DNA of 64,000 bases from an uncultured Actinomycetes bacterium. Lineage in GTDB: Bacteria; Actinomycetota; Thermoleophilia; Gaiellales; Gaiellaceae. A program made the translations under genes and the position numbers. Position 1 is the stretch's first letter. Each line of letters opens with the position of its first letter. Positions 10,319 through 20,665 of this stretch are shown here, one piece after another. The stretch covers positions 200,496-264,495 of the forward strand of contig CAWCRC010000002.1 of NCBI GenBank assembly GCA_963797805.1, read 5' to 3'. The notes below the pieces were generated by a model that saw only the letters and a program-made list of their open reading frames with translations, did not search any database and was not told the DNA's origin.

Positions 10319-11525
10319 CCGCCCGCTCCTTGAGAGCTCCCAGCGCGTCCTCGAGCCGATCGCCGTTGCGAACCATCGCGAGCGCGACACCGGCGCCGGC
10401 CAGGCGCAGAAGCGTCCGGGACGATGTCGACGGGTCCCGACCGGCGTACGTCGGCGCGTCGACGAGGACGAGCCCGCACGAGCGCCCGACGGCACGACGC
10501 GCAACAAGCGCGTCCTCGACGACTTCCGGGCGAGCGGTCACGACGACGAGCTCCGGCACGGCGCCCAGCGCTCCGCGCGCGCTCGTCAGCTCCCGCAGCG
10601 TCGTCCCCTCGGCCGGTTCGACCGCGGCGAGCGCATCCAACGCCGCGTCCCAGTCCCGGCCGAGGCTCTGGACCCGGTGGATACCCGGCGACGGCGATGC
10701 GACGACGAGGAGCGCGCGGCGGGACCGTCCTGCGTGAGCGCGCACGAGCCCGGCCGCAGCGCGCACGGCGTCGTCGAGGCTCGACCTCCCGGGGGTCCCG
10801 GTCACGGTCGCCGCGTCGACGTCGAGCACGATCGCGACGCTGTCGCGCGGCGCGTCCTCGAGCTCGCGCACCATCAGCTGCCCGCGGCGAGCCGACGTGG
10901 GCCAGTGGACGGCGCGGAGCGGCTCGCCCTCGACGTACTCGCGCACGCCGTGCGGCTCGAGGCCGCTCGGACGCCGCATGTGCGCTCGCCGTCCGCCTTC
11001 GCCGCGAGCGCCGGTGTCCGTGAAGAGCGCGCCGATCTCGGGCACCCGCGGCCGGACGAGAATCGTCGGCCCCGCCGGGAGCTCGACCTCGACGGTCGCG
11101 ATCCCGAGTGGATCGCGCGCGACGAGGCGGCCGGGGCCGAGCTGGTAGCGCCCGCGCGGCACGCCGTCCACGGCAAGCCGGGCTCGTCCGCCGGCCTCGA
11201 CGGTCGTCTCGAGCTCTCCGAGCGGGCCGACCCGCTCGCGCAGCTCGAGCCGCGAGGCAAGCCAGGTCGCGCCGTGTACGGCGACGGTCAGCCGGAGCTG
11301 TCCCCCCTCGACGGGCGGGACGGTCGCCGGCTGGCGCTCGGGCAACAGCATCCTCGCGGCCAGGAGCGCCCAGCCGCGCGCGGCGAGGACGGCGAGCAGC
11401 AGGCCGACGCCGAGCACCGCGAGCGCCGTCGAGCCGACCATCCAGCCGGCGGCGAGCACGGCGAGTGCGAGGGCGCCGGCGCCGCTCTCGGCCCTCGCAC
11501 CGGGGGTGCGAGGGCGACGATTCAC
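10311..11525 (-). CDS. DUF58 protein
   Basis: VREYVEGEPLRAVHWPTSARRGQLMVRE motif; sits between moxR and the transglutaminase. Confidence 0.88.
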   Translation of the reverse strand: MNRRPRTPGARAESGAGALALAVLAAGWMVGSTALAVLGVGLLLAVLAARGWALLAARMLLPERQPATVPPVEGGQLRLTVAVHGATWLASRLELRERVGPLGELETTVEAGGRARLAVDGVPRGRYQLGPGRLVARDPLGIATVEVELPAGPTILVRPRVPEIGALFTDTGARGEGGRRAHMRRPSGLEPHGVREYVEGEPLRAVHWPTSARRGQLMVRELEDAPRDSVAIVLDVDAATVTGTPGRSSLDDAVRAAAGLVRAHAGRSRRALLVVASPSPGIHRVQSLGRDWDAALDALAAVEPAEGTTLRELTSARGALGAVPELVVVTARPEVVEDALVARRAVGRSCGLVLVDAPTYAGRDPSTSSRTLLRLAGAGVALAMVRNGDRLEDALGALKERAVG

Positions 11526-12496
11526 ACCGGCACCGGGGTTCCGTCGAGGGCGTCGCCGACGAGCTCTTCGACCGTCGTTCCGGTCGCGCGCGCCTCGGGG
11601 GCGAGGATCAGGCGGTGCGCCAGCACGGGCACCGCGAGCGCCTGCACGTCCTCGGGGACGACGAAGGTGCGCCCCTCGACGAGCGCGCGCGCCTTCGCGA
11701 GCGACAGCAGCGCGATCCCCGAGCGCGGGCTCCCGCCGAGCGCGAGCCGCGAGCTCGCCCGCGTGTGCCGAAGGAGAGCGACGACGTACCGGGTGACGCT
11801 GTCCTCGACGTGGATGCCACGCGCGGCGTCGATCGCCGCGAGGAGCTCACTGGCGCTGGCCACCGGTCGCAGGTGGTCGAGCGGCGGTGAGGTCGTCTGC
11901 TCGGCGAGCATCCGCGCCTCGTCGGCGTGCGGCGGATACCCGATCGTCATCCGCACCGCGAAGCGGTCGAGCTGCGCCTCGGGCAGCGGGAACGTCCCCT
12001 CGTACTCGACGGGGTTCTGGGTCGCGATGACGAAAAACGGGCGTTCGAGGACGTGCGTCGTGCCGTCGACGGTCACCTGCGTCTCCTGCATCGCCTCGAG
12101 CAGCGCCGACTGCGTCTTCGGCGACGCCCGGTTGATCTCGTCGACGAGGAGGACGTTGGCGAACACGGGGCCCGCCCGGAAGCGGAACGAGCCGCTCTGG
12201 CGATCGTAGACGTTGACCCCCGTCACGTCGGCAGGAAGCAGATCGGGCGTGAACTGAACGCGATGGAACGTCAGCTCGAGCGAGCGCGCCAGGGCCTTCG
12301 CGAGCACCGTCTTCCCGACGCCGGGGACGTCCTCGACGAGGACGTGCCCCTCGGCGAGCAGGCAGAGGAGCGGCAGCCGCAGCGTCTCGGGCGAGGCGTG
12401 GACGGCCGAGCCGAGGTTGGCGACGACACGGTCGGCGAGCGCCGCCGCGCCGACGGCCTCGGGCCCCGGCTGCGCGGTCGCCGCGGGCTCGCTCAC
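11522..12496 (-). CDS. moxR: MoxR family AAA+ ATPase
   Basis: EDVPGVGKT, RVQFTPDLLP, DEINRASPKTQSALLE and TQNPVEYEGTFPLPEAQLDRF motifs. Confidence 0.95.
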   Translation of the reverse strand: MSEPAATAQPGPEAVGAAALADRVVANLGSAVHASPETLRLPLLCLLAEGHVLVEDVPGVGKTVLAKALARSLELTFHRVQFTPDLLPADVTGVNVYDRQSGSFRFRAGPVFANVLLVDEINRASPKTQSALLEAMQETQVTVDGTTHVLERPFFVIATQNPVEYEGTFPLPEAQLDRFAVRMTIGYPPHADEARMLAEQTTSPPLDHLRPVASASELLAAIDAARGIHVEDSVTRYVVALLRHTRASSRLALGGSPRSGIALLSLAKARALVEGRTFVVPEDVQALAVPVLAHRLILAPEARATGTTVEELVGDALDGTPVPV

Positions 12497-13680
12497 GATC
12501 CCCCCTCCTTCGACATGAGGCGCTCGACCTCGTCGAGGATCGCTTCCGCAATCGCGGGCTTCGACGCCTTCGAGACGGAACGGTCGCCGTCGTGCGAGAC
12601 GAGGACGACCTCGTTGTCGGCGCTGTCGAACCCGATGTCGTCGCGGCCGACGTCGTTGTAGACGACGAGGTCGACGTTCTTCTCGGTCAGCATCCCCCGC
12701 TTGCGCGCCAGGCCCTCCTCGCCGTGCTCTGCGCCGAAGGCGACGAGGATCTGTCCGTCGCGCCGCGCGGCGCCGAGTGCGCGCGCGACGTCGGCAGTCG
12801 GCACGAGGGAGACCGTCCACGGGTCGGAGCCCTTCGGGCGCTTCCCCTCGACCGGCTCCGCCGGCCGGTAGTCGGCGACCGCGGCGGCCATGAGGACGAC
12901 GTCCGCGTCGGCGCGTGCCAGCGCCTCCCGGCGAAGGTCTGCTGCGGTCGGTGTGGCGACGAGCTCGACACCTGACGGCGGCGGGACGTGGAGGTTCGCC
13001 GCCAGGAGCGTCACCTCGGCGCCCCGCTCCCGGGCGGCCTCCGCGAGCGCCACGCCCATCCGACCGGACGAGCGGTTTCCGAGGAACCGCACCGCGTCCA
13101 GCGGTTCGCGGGTGCCGCCCGCCGTCACGAGGACGCGGCGGCCCGCGAGCGAGCCGTTCCGCTCCGTCGGCGTCTGCGTGAGGGCGCGCTCGACGACCGC
13201 GGCGATCTCCTCGGGCTCCGACATCCGCCCCGGCCCGACGAGTCCCTCGGCGAGCTCGCCGACGTCCGGTCCGACGACGACCGCGCCGCGCTCGACGAGC
13301 AGCGCGAGGTTGGCCTGGGTCGCCGGGTGCTCCCACATCCCGGTGTTCATCGCCGGCGCGAGGACCAGCGGGCCCCGATGGGCGAGCGCCGTCTCGGTCA
13401 GGAGGTCGTCGGCGAGCCCGTGCGCCAGTCGGGCCGTCGTATGGGCGGTGAGCGGCGCGACGACGAGCAGGTCGGCGCCGGCGAGGTGCGGATACGGGTC
13501 GGCGGGCGGTTCCTTGCGCGCGAGCGCCCAGAAGGTGCGCGCGGCGACGAACTCCTCCGCCCCGCGCGTGACGACCGGCGTGACGTCGTGCCCGGCGCGG
13601 ACGAGCAGCCGGACGAGCTCACAGGCCTTGTAGGCGGCGATGCCGCCCGTCACGCCGACGAGAATGCGCGCCACGGGCAT
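12493..13680 (-). CDS. coaBC: Bifunctional phosphopantothenoylcysteine decarboxylase/synthase
   Basis: TGGIAAYK, PAMN, TAGGTREPLDAVRFLGNRSSGRMG and AAVADY motifs. Start may instead be the GTG at 13674. Confidence 0.95.
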   Translation of the reverse strand: MPVARILVGVTGGIAAYKACELVRLLVRAGHDVTPVVTRGAEEFVAARTFWALARKEPPADPYPHLAGADLLVVAPLTAHTTARLAHGLADDLLTETALAHRGPLVLAPAMNTGMWEHPATQANLALLVERGAVVVGPDVGELAEGLVGPGRMSEPEEIAAVVERALTQTPTERNGSLAGRRVLVTAGGTREPLDAVRFLGNRSSGRMGVALAEAARERGAEVTLLAANLHVPPPSGVELVATPTAADLRREALARADADVVLMAAAVADYRPAEPVEGKRPKGSDPWTVSLVPTADVARALGAARRDGQILVAFGAEHGEEGLARKRGMLTEKNVDLVVYNDVGRDDIGFDSADNEVVLVSHDGDRSVSKASKPAIAEAILDEVERLMSKEGGS

Positions 13681-13715
13681 AGTGTGCCCGCGCCGAGGCC
13701 CCGCGGAACGCTCTC

Positions 13716-13976
13716 CTACTGGTTGCCGGGGACGTAGGAGAAGGTGAGCTTGCCCTTCGAGATCTCCTCCATCGCCATCGTGAGGTAGTTCTTGGAGCGG
13801 GACTCGACGAGCGGCGGGGGCGCGTCCTCGAGCCCCATGCCCTCGCCGAGCTGATGGTGATAGTTGTTGATCTGACGGGCGCGCTTCGCCGCCATGATCA
13901 CGAGCGCGTAGCGCGACGGCGGGTCGGTTTCGGTGCCCGTGTGCGAGAGGAGATCGTCGATGCGCGGTTCGATCAT
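13716..13976 (-). CDS. rpoZ: RNA polymerase omega subunit
   Basis: SRYALVIMAAKRARQIN motif; gmk-rpoZ-coaBC synteny. Confidence 0.95.
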   Translation of the reverse strand: MIEPRIDDLLSHTGTETDPPSRYALVIMAAKRARQINNYHHQLGEGMGLEDAPPPLVESRSKNYLTMAMEEISKGKLTFSYVPGNQ

Positions 13977-14560
13977 CGGTGGAGGATGGTACCTGCGAGT
14001 TCCAACTCGCGTTCGACGATCGCAGCGAGCACCTCGCTCGCGCGGTGGACGTCGTCGTTCCGCACCATGTAGCGGAACTGGTGGGCCTGCTCCAGCTGGC
14101 GTCGCGCGATCGCGATCCGCTCACCGATCTCGCCCGTCGACTCGGTCGCCCGCTCGCGCAGGCGTCGCTCCAGCTCGTCCACGTCGGCGACGATGAAGAT
14201 GGTGCACGCACCCGGCACGTCCGCCTGGACGCGCATGGCGCCGTCGGTCTCGAGCTCGAGCACGCATACGCGTCCGAGCGCGGCGATGCGGTCGATCTCG
14301 GAGCGGAGCGTGCCGTAGCGCCGGTGCGACACGTACTCGACCCACTCGAGGAAGGCGTCGTCCTCGACGCGCGCCGTGAACTCCTCGTCCGACAGGAACC
14401 AGTACTCGCGTCCGTCCTCCTCCCCGGGCCGCTGCGGCCGGGTCGTGGCGGAGACCGCGACCGCGAGCTCGGGCACGCGCTCCAGGATCGCCTGGATCAG
14501 CGTTCCCTTCCCCGCACCGGACGGGCCCGTGACGACGAAGACGGGTCTCACTGCCTCCAC
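13973..14560 (-). CDS. gmk: Guanylate kinase
   Basis: GPSGAGKGT, SATTRPQRPGE.DG.EY.F and YGT motifs. Confidence 0.95.
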   Translation of the reverse strand: MEAVRPVFVVTGPSGAGKGTLIQAILERVPELAVAVSATTRPQRPGEEDGREYWFLSDEEFTARVEDDAFLEWVEYVSHRRYGTLRSEIDRIAALGRVCVLELETDGAMRVQADVPGACTIFIVADVDELERRLRERATESTGEIGERIAIARRQLEQAHQFRYMVRNDDVHRASEVLAAIVERELELAGTILHR

Positions 14561-14597
14561 GGCCGGGGTCCCGGGTGATCTCCGGCGAAGCCGGAGA

Positions 14598-14930
14598 TCA
14601 CCGGTTGTTGAAGAGGTTGACGAGCTCGGCCCGCTGGCGCTCGGACAGCCCGCCGACGGTCTTCGACTGGCTGATCCGGCACTGGTTCAGCAGCCGCGCG
14701 GCCTTCACGCGGCCGAACTTCGGGACGGCCATCAGCATGTCGAACACCTTCGCGGTCGAGACGTAATCGGGAGGATCGAGCAGGATCGACTCGATCTGGG
14801 CGCGACCGTCTTTCAGGTCCTTCTTGAGCTGGGCCCGTCGAACCCGGATGTCGTTCGCACGTTGGAGGGCTTCCATCCGCTGATCGAGAGATCGCGCGGG
14901 TGCCTGGGCGTGCGTCTTCGACGTGACCAT
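14598..14930 (-). CDS. mihF: Actinobacterial integration host factor (mIHF/sIHF)
   Basis: RRAQLKKDLK, KV..ML.AVP..G.VKA and GGLSERQR motifs; canonical position upstream of gmk. Confidence 0.92.
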   Translation of the reverse strand: MVTSKTHAQAPARSLDQRMEALQRANDIRVRRAQLKKDLKDGRAQIESILLDPPDYVSTAKVFDMLMAVPKFGRVKAARLLNQCRISQSKTVGGLSERQRAELVNLFNNR

Positions 14931-14939
14931 GAGCGCACG

Positions 14940-14967
14940 AGTCTAGCAAGCTCCCACGGCGAATCAA
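14940..14967 (-). promoter_or_regulatory. Putative sigma-70/HrdB promoter of mihF
   Basis: Minus strand reads TTGATT-16 nt-TAGACT, with TG extended -10. Confidence 0.55.
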
Positions 14968-15848
14968 GCAGTACTGTTTGTGGCAATTTCCAGGTATTTT
15001 CCTGAAGTGACAACAGCCCTTGCCTCGCGCGGAGTCGCGAATCCGCGAGTGATGGCCTCGGCGTCCAGCTCCTGCCTGATCCTGACCGCCGCGAACGGGT
15101 CCGAGAACAGGATCGTCCCGAGGGCGACCGCGCTCGCGCCGACCGCGACGAGCTCGAGCGCGTCGAGACCGGTGCGGATTCCCCCCATTCCGACAATCGG
15201 GACGTCGACCACGGAGGCGCACGCGTAGACACAGGCGAGGGCGATCGGCCGGAGCGCGGGGCCGGAGTACCCCCCTGCGCCGCGGGCCAGGATCGGTCGC
15301 AACGTCGCCGGGTCGAGGGCGAGGCCGCGGATGGTGTTGACGAGCGAGAGGCCGTCCGCCCCGGCGTCCACCACGGCGCGCGCGGCCTCGGCGACGTCCC
15401 ACTGGGCCGGGGAGAGCTTCGCGTAGAGCGGCATCGTGGTCGCGGCGCGCGCGGCCGCGACGAGCTGTGCGGCTGTCTCGGGCGCCTCCTCGACGTTCGG
15501 GCACGAGAGGTTGAGCTCGATCGCGGCGATCCGATCGTCGCCGTCGAGACGCTCGCAGCACATCGTGAAGTCGTCGGCGGAAAAGCCGCCGACCGAGACC
15601 CACAGCTGCGATGTCGCCTCGGCGAGCCGCGGGAGGTGCTCCGAGGCGAAGGCGTCGATGCCGGGGCCCTGGAGGCCGATCGAGTTGAGCATTCCGAGCT
15701 CGGTCTCCGCGATGCGTGTCGGCGGATTCCCCTCGCGCGGCAACGGCGTGATGGTCTTCGTCACGAAGGCGTCGAGCGAGCCGGCGACCTCGGGCGCGGC
15801 GAGCGCGTCGAGGCAGCCGGAGGCGTTGAGGACGGGGACGCCCTGCAC
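14964..15848 (-). CDS. pyrD: Dihydroorotate dehydrogenase (family 1B) catalytic subunit
   Basis: NASG, GNPPTRIAET, NSIGLQGPG, ELNLSCPN, KLSP and GGYSGPA motifs. Confidence 0.94.
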   Translation of the reverse strand: MQGVPVLNASGCLDALAAPEVAGSLDAFVTKTITPLPREGNPPTRIAETELGMLNSIGLQGPGIDAFASEHLPRLAEATSQLWVSVGGFSADDFTMCCERLDGDDRIAAIELNLSCPNVEEAPETAAQLVAAARAATTMPLYAKLSPAQWDVAEAARAVVDAGADGLSLVNTIRGLALDPATLRPILARGAGGYSGPALRPIALACVYACASVVDVPIVGMGGIRTGLDALELVAVGASAVALGTILFSDPFAAVRIRQELDAEAITRGFATPREARAVVTSGKYLEIATNSTA

Positions 15849-15851
15849 GGA

Positions 15852-16527
15852 CTAGGCGGCCGCCCCCGCCGCCAGGAGGACCGGACCTTCCAGGCACAGC
15901 CGGACGCGTCGGCCCTGGCGCTCGACGACGCACGCCGTAGCACGCCCCATATCCGCAGGCCATCGGCGCCTCGCGGGCCAGCTGGGCACCCGGGACGAGC
16001 GCCTGGAGCGCGTCGAGCATCGGCTCGGGCCCGCATGCCAGGACGTCTCCGGGATCCGCCGGGAGCTCGTCGGTGACGAGCGTCGGGTCGAGCACGACCT
16101 CGGCGTGCGGCACGAGCGCCGCTGCCTCCGCGTGGTGCGCCGACCGGAACCCGAGCAGCGCCGGCGGGCCGCCGAGGCACTCGGAGAGGTACGGGAACGG
16201 CGCAACGCCGATCCCGCCGCCTACGAGGAGCGGTCGGGAGACGCCGAGGTCGAAGCCGTTGCCGAGCGGGCCTGCGACGTGGATCGCATCACCCGGCTCG
16301 AGCGCGGCGATCGCGGTCGTCCCGGGGCCGATGGGCTCGAGGAGGAACCCGAGCTCGTTGGGCAGAGACAGACAGAGGCTGAACGCGCGCGGAAGCACGC
16401 GACCGGGCGCCTCGAGCATGAAGAACTGCCCCGGCGCTCCCGGCTCGAGGTAGCCGCGCGCGAGCCGGACGAGCGCGTACGGGCCGACCCACTCCTTGCC
16501 GACGACGCGGAGCAGCTCGCGGCGCAT
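15852..16527 (-). CDS. pyrK: Dihydroorotate dehydrogenase electron transfer subunit; +1 frameshift near 15933
   Basis: PGQF, GPLGNGF, GGGIG, CGP and MACGYGACYG|CVV...CLEGPV motifs (2Fe-2S motif split by the frameshift). Confidence 0.9.
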
Positions 16528-16531
16528 CGCG

Positions 16532-19500
16532 TCAGCCGGCTCCGGCGGCGACGGTGACGGCGATCCGCTCCTGCAGGGACAGCGTCGCCTCGGCGCGGGC
16601 GTTCGCGATTGCGTGGACTGCGGCTGCGGCTCCGGAGACCGTCGTGATGCACGGGACGCGTCCGATGAGGGCCGCCTCCCGGATCAGGTAGCCGTCCGCG
16701 CGGGCCCCGGAGCCCTGCGGCGTGTTGACGACGAGGTCGCAGCGGTGCTCGCGGATCAGGTCGACGACCGTCGGCTCGCCGTCGCCTGCGTCCGCGACCT
16801 TCCCGACTTCCTCCACGTCGAGGCCGGCCGCGCGGAGCGTCGTCGCCGTGCCCGATGTCGCGACGAGCTCGAAGCCGAGCCCCGCGAGGGCGGCCGCGAT
16901 CGGCGCGATGCTCGCCTTGTCGGCGTCACGGACGGAGAGGAACGCCGTTCCGGCGGTCGGAAGCGGCCTGCCGGCCGCCCGCTCCGCCTTGGCGAAGGCC
17001 GTGGGCAGGTCCGACGCCGTCGCCATCACCTCGCCCGTCGAGCGCATCTCCGGGCCGAGCACCGGGTCAGCGCCCGGGAAGCGGGCGAACGGCAAGACGG
17101 CGGCCTTCACGCTCACGGCCGTCGGGCGCGGCTGCGTCAGCCCGAGCTCGGCGAGGCGTCGTCCCGTGCGCGAGCCGGCACGCGGCGTCGACGAGGTTCA
17201 CGCCGGTCGCCTTGCTCGCGAAGGGCACGGTACGCGAGGCGCGCGGGTTCGCCTCGAGGACGTAGACCGTCGAGTCGGCGATCGCGAGCTGGACGTTGAG
17301 GAGCCCGACGACGCCGAGCGCAGGCCCGAGCCGCTTCACGACGTGCTCCACCTCGAGGGCGTTCGCGAGCGTCAGCGACTGCGCCGGCAGCACGCAGGAC
17401 GAGTCGCCCGAATGGACGCCCGCCTCCTCGACGTGCTGCATCACCGCGCCGATGAAGACCTCCTCGCCGTCGCAGAGCGCGTCGACGTCGATCTCGATCG
17501 CGTTCTCGACGAACCGGTCGACGAGGACGGGGCCGCTGACCGCCGCCATCGCGGCGCGCAGGTCGTTCTCGTCGTCGCAGACGCGCATCGCGCGGCCGCC
17601 GAGCACGTACGACGGCCGTACGAGCACCGGGTAGCCGATCTCGCGCGCGGCCGCAAGCGCCTCGTCCTCGCCCTCGACCGTCGACCACGGCGGGCAGCGG
17701 ACGCCGAGCTCGCTGGCGAGCGCACCGAACCGCTCACGATCCTCCGCGAGGTCGATCGCCGCGTGCGGCGTGCCGAGGATCTTGTAGCCGGCCGCCTCGA
17801 TGTGCCGCGCGAGCCGGAGCGGCGTCTGGCCGCCGAACTGCGTCACGACCCCGACGGGCCGCTCTCGGTCGAGGACCGCGAGCACCTCCTCCGGCGAGAG
17901 GGGCTCGAAGTAGAGCCGGTCGGACGTGTCGTAGTCGGTCGAGACCGTCTCGGGGTTGCAGTTGACCATCACGGCCTCGTAGCCGAGCCCGCGGAACGTC
18001 TGGACGGCGTGAACGCAGCAGTAGTCGAACTCGATCCCCTGGCCGATGCGGTTCGGCCCCGACCCGAGGATCACCACGCGCGGCTTCGTCCCGGGCGCGG
18101 GCCCCTCGTCCTCCTCGCCCCAGGTCGAGTAGAAGTAGTTCGAGCCAGCGTCGACCTCGCCGCCGCACGAATCGACGCGCCGGTACGCGGGCCGGATACC
18201 GCGCGCGTAGCGCGTGCGGCGAACGTCGTCGCCGGACGTTCCCCAGGCGGCGCCGATCGAGTCGTCTCCCCACCCCGCGCGCTTCGCGCGCCGGATGTCG
18301 CCGGTCCGCAGCTCGCGCTTCGCGGCCTCGAGCTGCTCCACGAACCACGGGTGCAGGCCGTCGGGAAGGTCGTCGATCGTCGCCCAGGGCGTCGGTGAGC
18401 CCGGGTCGAGCTCGCGCGAGCCGAACGCCTTGAGGAACGCCTCGGTGAAGGTCCGGCCGATCCCCATCGCCTCGCCCACCGACTTCATCTGCGTTCCGAG
18501 CGTCGCGTCGGCGCCCGGGAACTTCTCGAAGGCGAACCGCGGGAACTTGACGACGACGTAGTCGAGCGTCGGCTCGAAGCTCGCCGGCGTCGTCTTCGTG
18601 AGGTCGTTCGGGATCTCGTCGAGCGTGTAGCCCACGGCGAGCTTCGCCGCGACCTTCGCGATCGGGTAGCCGGTCGCCTTCGACGCGAGCGCGGACGATC
18701 GCGAGACCCGTGGGTTCATCTCGATCACGCGCAGGGCGCCGGTCTCGCGTTCGCGCGCGAACTGGATGTTCGAGCCGCCCGTCTCGACGCCGACGGCGCG
18801 GATCACCGCGGCGGCAGCGTCGCGGAGCTCCTGGTACGCCTCATCGGAGAGCGTCATCTGCGGCGCGACCGTGACGGAGTCGCCGGTGTGGACGCCCATC
18901 GGGTCGAGGTTCTCGATCGAGCAGACGATCACGACGTTGTCGGCGCGGTCGCGGATCACCTCCAGCTCGAACTCGTCCCAGCCGCGAATCGAGTCCTCGA
19001 CGAGGACCTGGCCGATCGGGGACTCCGCGAGGCCGCGCTCCACCTGGCGACGAAGTGCGGCGAGGTCGTCGGCGAAGCCGCCGCCGTGCCCGCCGAGCGT
19101 GAACGCGGGCCGGACGACCGCGGGGATCGGCGCGTCGTCGAGCTGGTCGAGCGATTCGACGATCTGCGAGCCCGGCACCGCCAGGCCGCAGCTCTGGACG
19201 GCAGCGCGGAAGAGCTCGCGGTCCTCGGCACGACGGATCACCTCCACGGGGGCACCGAGCAGTTCGACGCCGAGCTCGTCGAGCACGCCGGACGTCTCGA
19301 GCTCGATCGCAAGATTCAACGCCGTCTGCCCGCCGAGCGTCGGCAGGAGCCCGTCCGGTCGCTCTCGGCGGAGGACGTCGGCGACGCCCTCGAGGTCCAG
19401 CGGCTCGATGTAGGTGCGGTCGGCGAAGCCGGGGTCGGTCATGATCGTCGCGGGGTTCGAGTTGACGACGATCGTCCGGTACCCGTCCTCGCGCAGCACC

Positions 19501-19604
19501 TTGAGCGCCTGGCAGCCGGCGTAGTCGAACTCGCACGCCTGCCCGATGACGATCGGGCCGGAGCCGATCACGCAGATCGAGCGGAGGTCGCGGCGCGCAG
19601 GCAT
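16532..19604 (-). CDS. carB: Carbamoyl-phosphate synthase large subunit; +1 frameshift near 17156
   Basis: [46 protein letters not shown] motifs; [12 protein letters not shown] and the MGS domain lie in ORF 16532..17116. Confidence 0.95.
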
Positions 19605-20665
19605 CAGCGCCCATCCCCGAGGGACTCCACCCAGCGCTCGAGGATCGGCCAGGCGTCATGCGGCCCGGGCCCGGCCTCGGGGTGGAACTGGACGCTCTGC
19701 GCGCGGAGCTCGGGGAAGTCGAAGCCCTCGACGGTCCCGTCGTAGAGCGAGACGTGCGTCGCTTCCGCACGCCCGGACGGCACGACGGCGAAGCCATGGT
19801 TCTGGCTCGTCACGAGGACCCGGCCGGTGCGGCGGTCGAGGACGGGATGGTTGGCGCCGCGGTGGCCGAACGGCAGCTTTGTCGTCTCGTGGTCGGTCGC
19901 GAGGCCGATCAGCTGGTGGCCCAGGCAGATCCCGAGCACCGCCACGCGGCCGAGGGCCGCCCGCACCACCTCGGTCTCCTCGACGAGCGGCGCCGGGTCG
20001 CCCGGGCCGTTGGACAGCAGGACGCCGTCGAACGACGCGAGCTCGTCCGGGTCGCAGAGGTGGGGGAACACCGTGGCGGCCGCGCCGGCCTTCACGAGGC
20101 GGCGCAGGATGGACTTCTTGACACCGTAGTCGACGACCGCCACCGACACGCGGGCGTCGTCATGGTCGCCGAACGTGTACGGCTCCGCCGTCGACACGCC
20201 GGCGACGAGCGCCTGGCCCTCCATCGACGGCTGCGCGCGCACCTGCTCGAGCGCGTCGGCAACCGGGAGCGTCCGCTCGTCCGCGACGGCCACGGCCCGC
20301 ATTGCGCCGCCGTCGCGCACCCGCAGGGTGAGCGACCGCGTGTCGATCTCGTCGAGCGCGACGATCCCCCGCTCGGCGAGCCAGAGCGCCCAGTCCTCCC
20401 CGCCGAGCCGTCGCATCAGGACCGCGCGTGCGTGCGGCGAGCCGGACTCGAGGCGGCGCTCGTCGACGCCGTAGTTCCCGACCATCGGCGCGGTGAAGCA
20501 GACGAGCTGCTCCGCGTAGCTGGGGTCGGTCACGGTTTCCTGGTAGCCGGTCATCCCGGTGGTGAAGACCGCCTCTCCGAAGGCCGAGCCTTCGGCGGCG
20601 ACGGAGCGCCCGCGGAACGTCGTCCCGTCTTCGAGCAACAGGTAGCCCTGGCCGCCGCCCCTCAC
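19604..20665 (-). CDS. carA: Carbamoyl-phosphate synthase small subunit
   Basis: [35 protein letters not shown] and [12 protein letters not shown] motifs. Confidence 0.96.
   Translation of the reverse strand: MRGGGQGYLLLEDGTTFRGRSVAAEGSAFGEAVFTTGMTGYQETVTDPSYAEQLVCFTAPMVGNYGVDERRLESGSPHARAVLMRRLGGEDWALWLAERGIVALDEIDTRSLTLRVRDGGAMRAVAVADERTLPVADALEQVRAQPSMEGQALVAGVSTAEPYTFGDHDDARVSVAVVDYGVKKSILRRLVKAGAAATVFPHLCDPDELASFDGVLLSNGPGDPAPLVEETEVVRAALGRVAVLGICLGHQLIGLATDHETTKLPFGHRGANHPVLDRRTGRVLVTSQNHGFAVVPSGRAEATHVSLYDGTVEGFDFPELRAQSVQFHPEAGPGPHDAWPILERWVESLGDGR

Noticed and set aside
8131-12496. MoxR-DUF58-transglutaminase as a novel system
   Set aside because: A well-known conserved triad, listed as features only.
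17067-17170. Split carB as a natural two-gene enzyme or programmed frameshift
   Set aside because: A single extra C restores a continuous CarB, there is no slippery site, and the same +1 pattern occurs in seven other genes.
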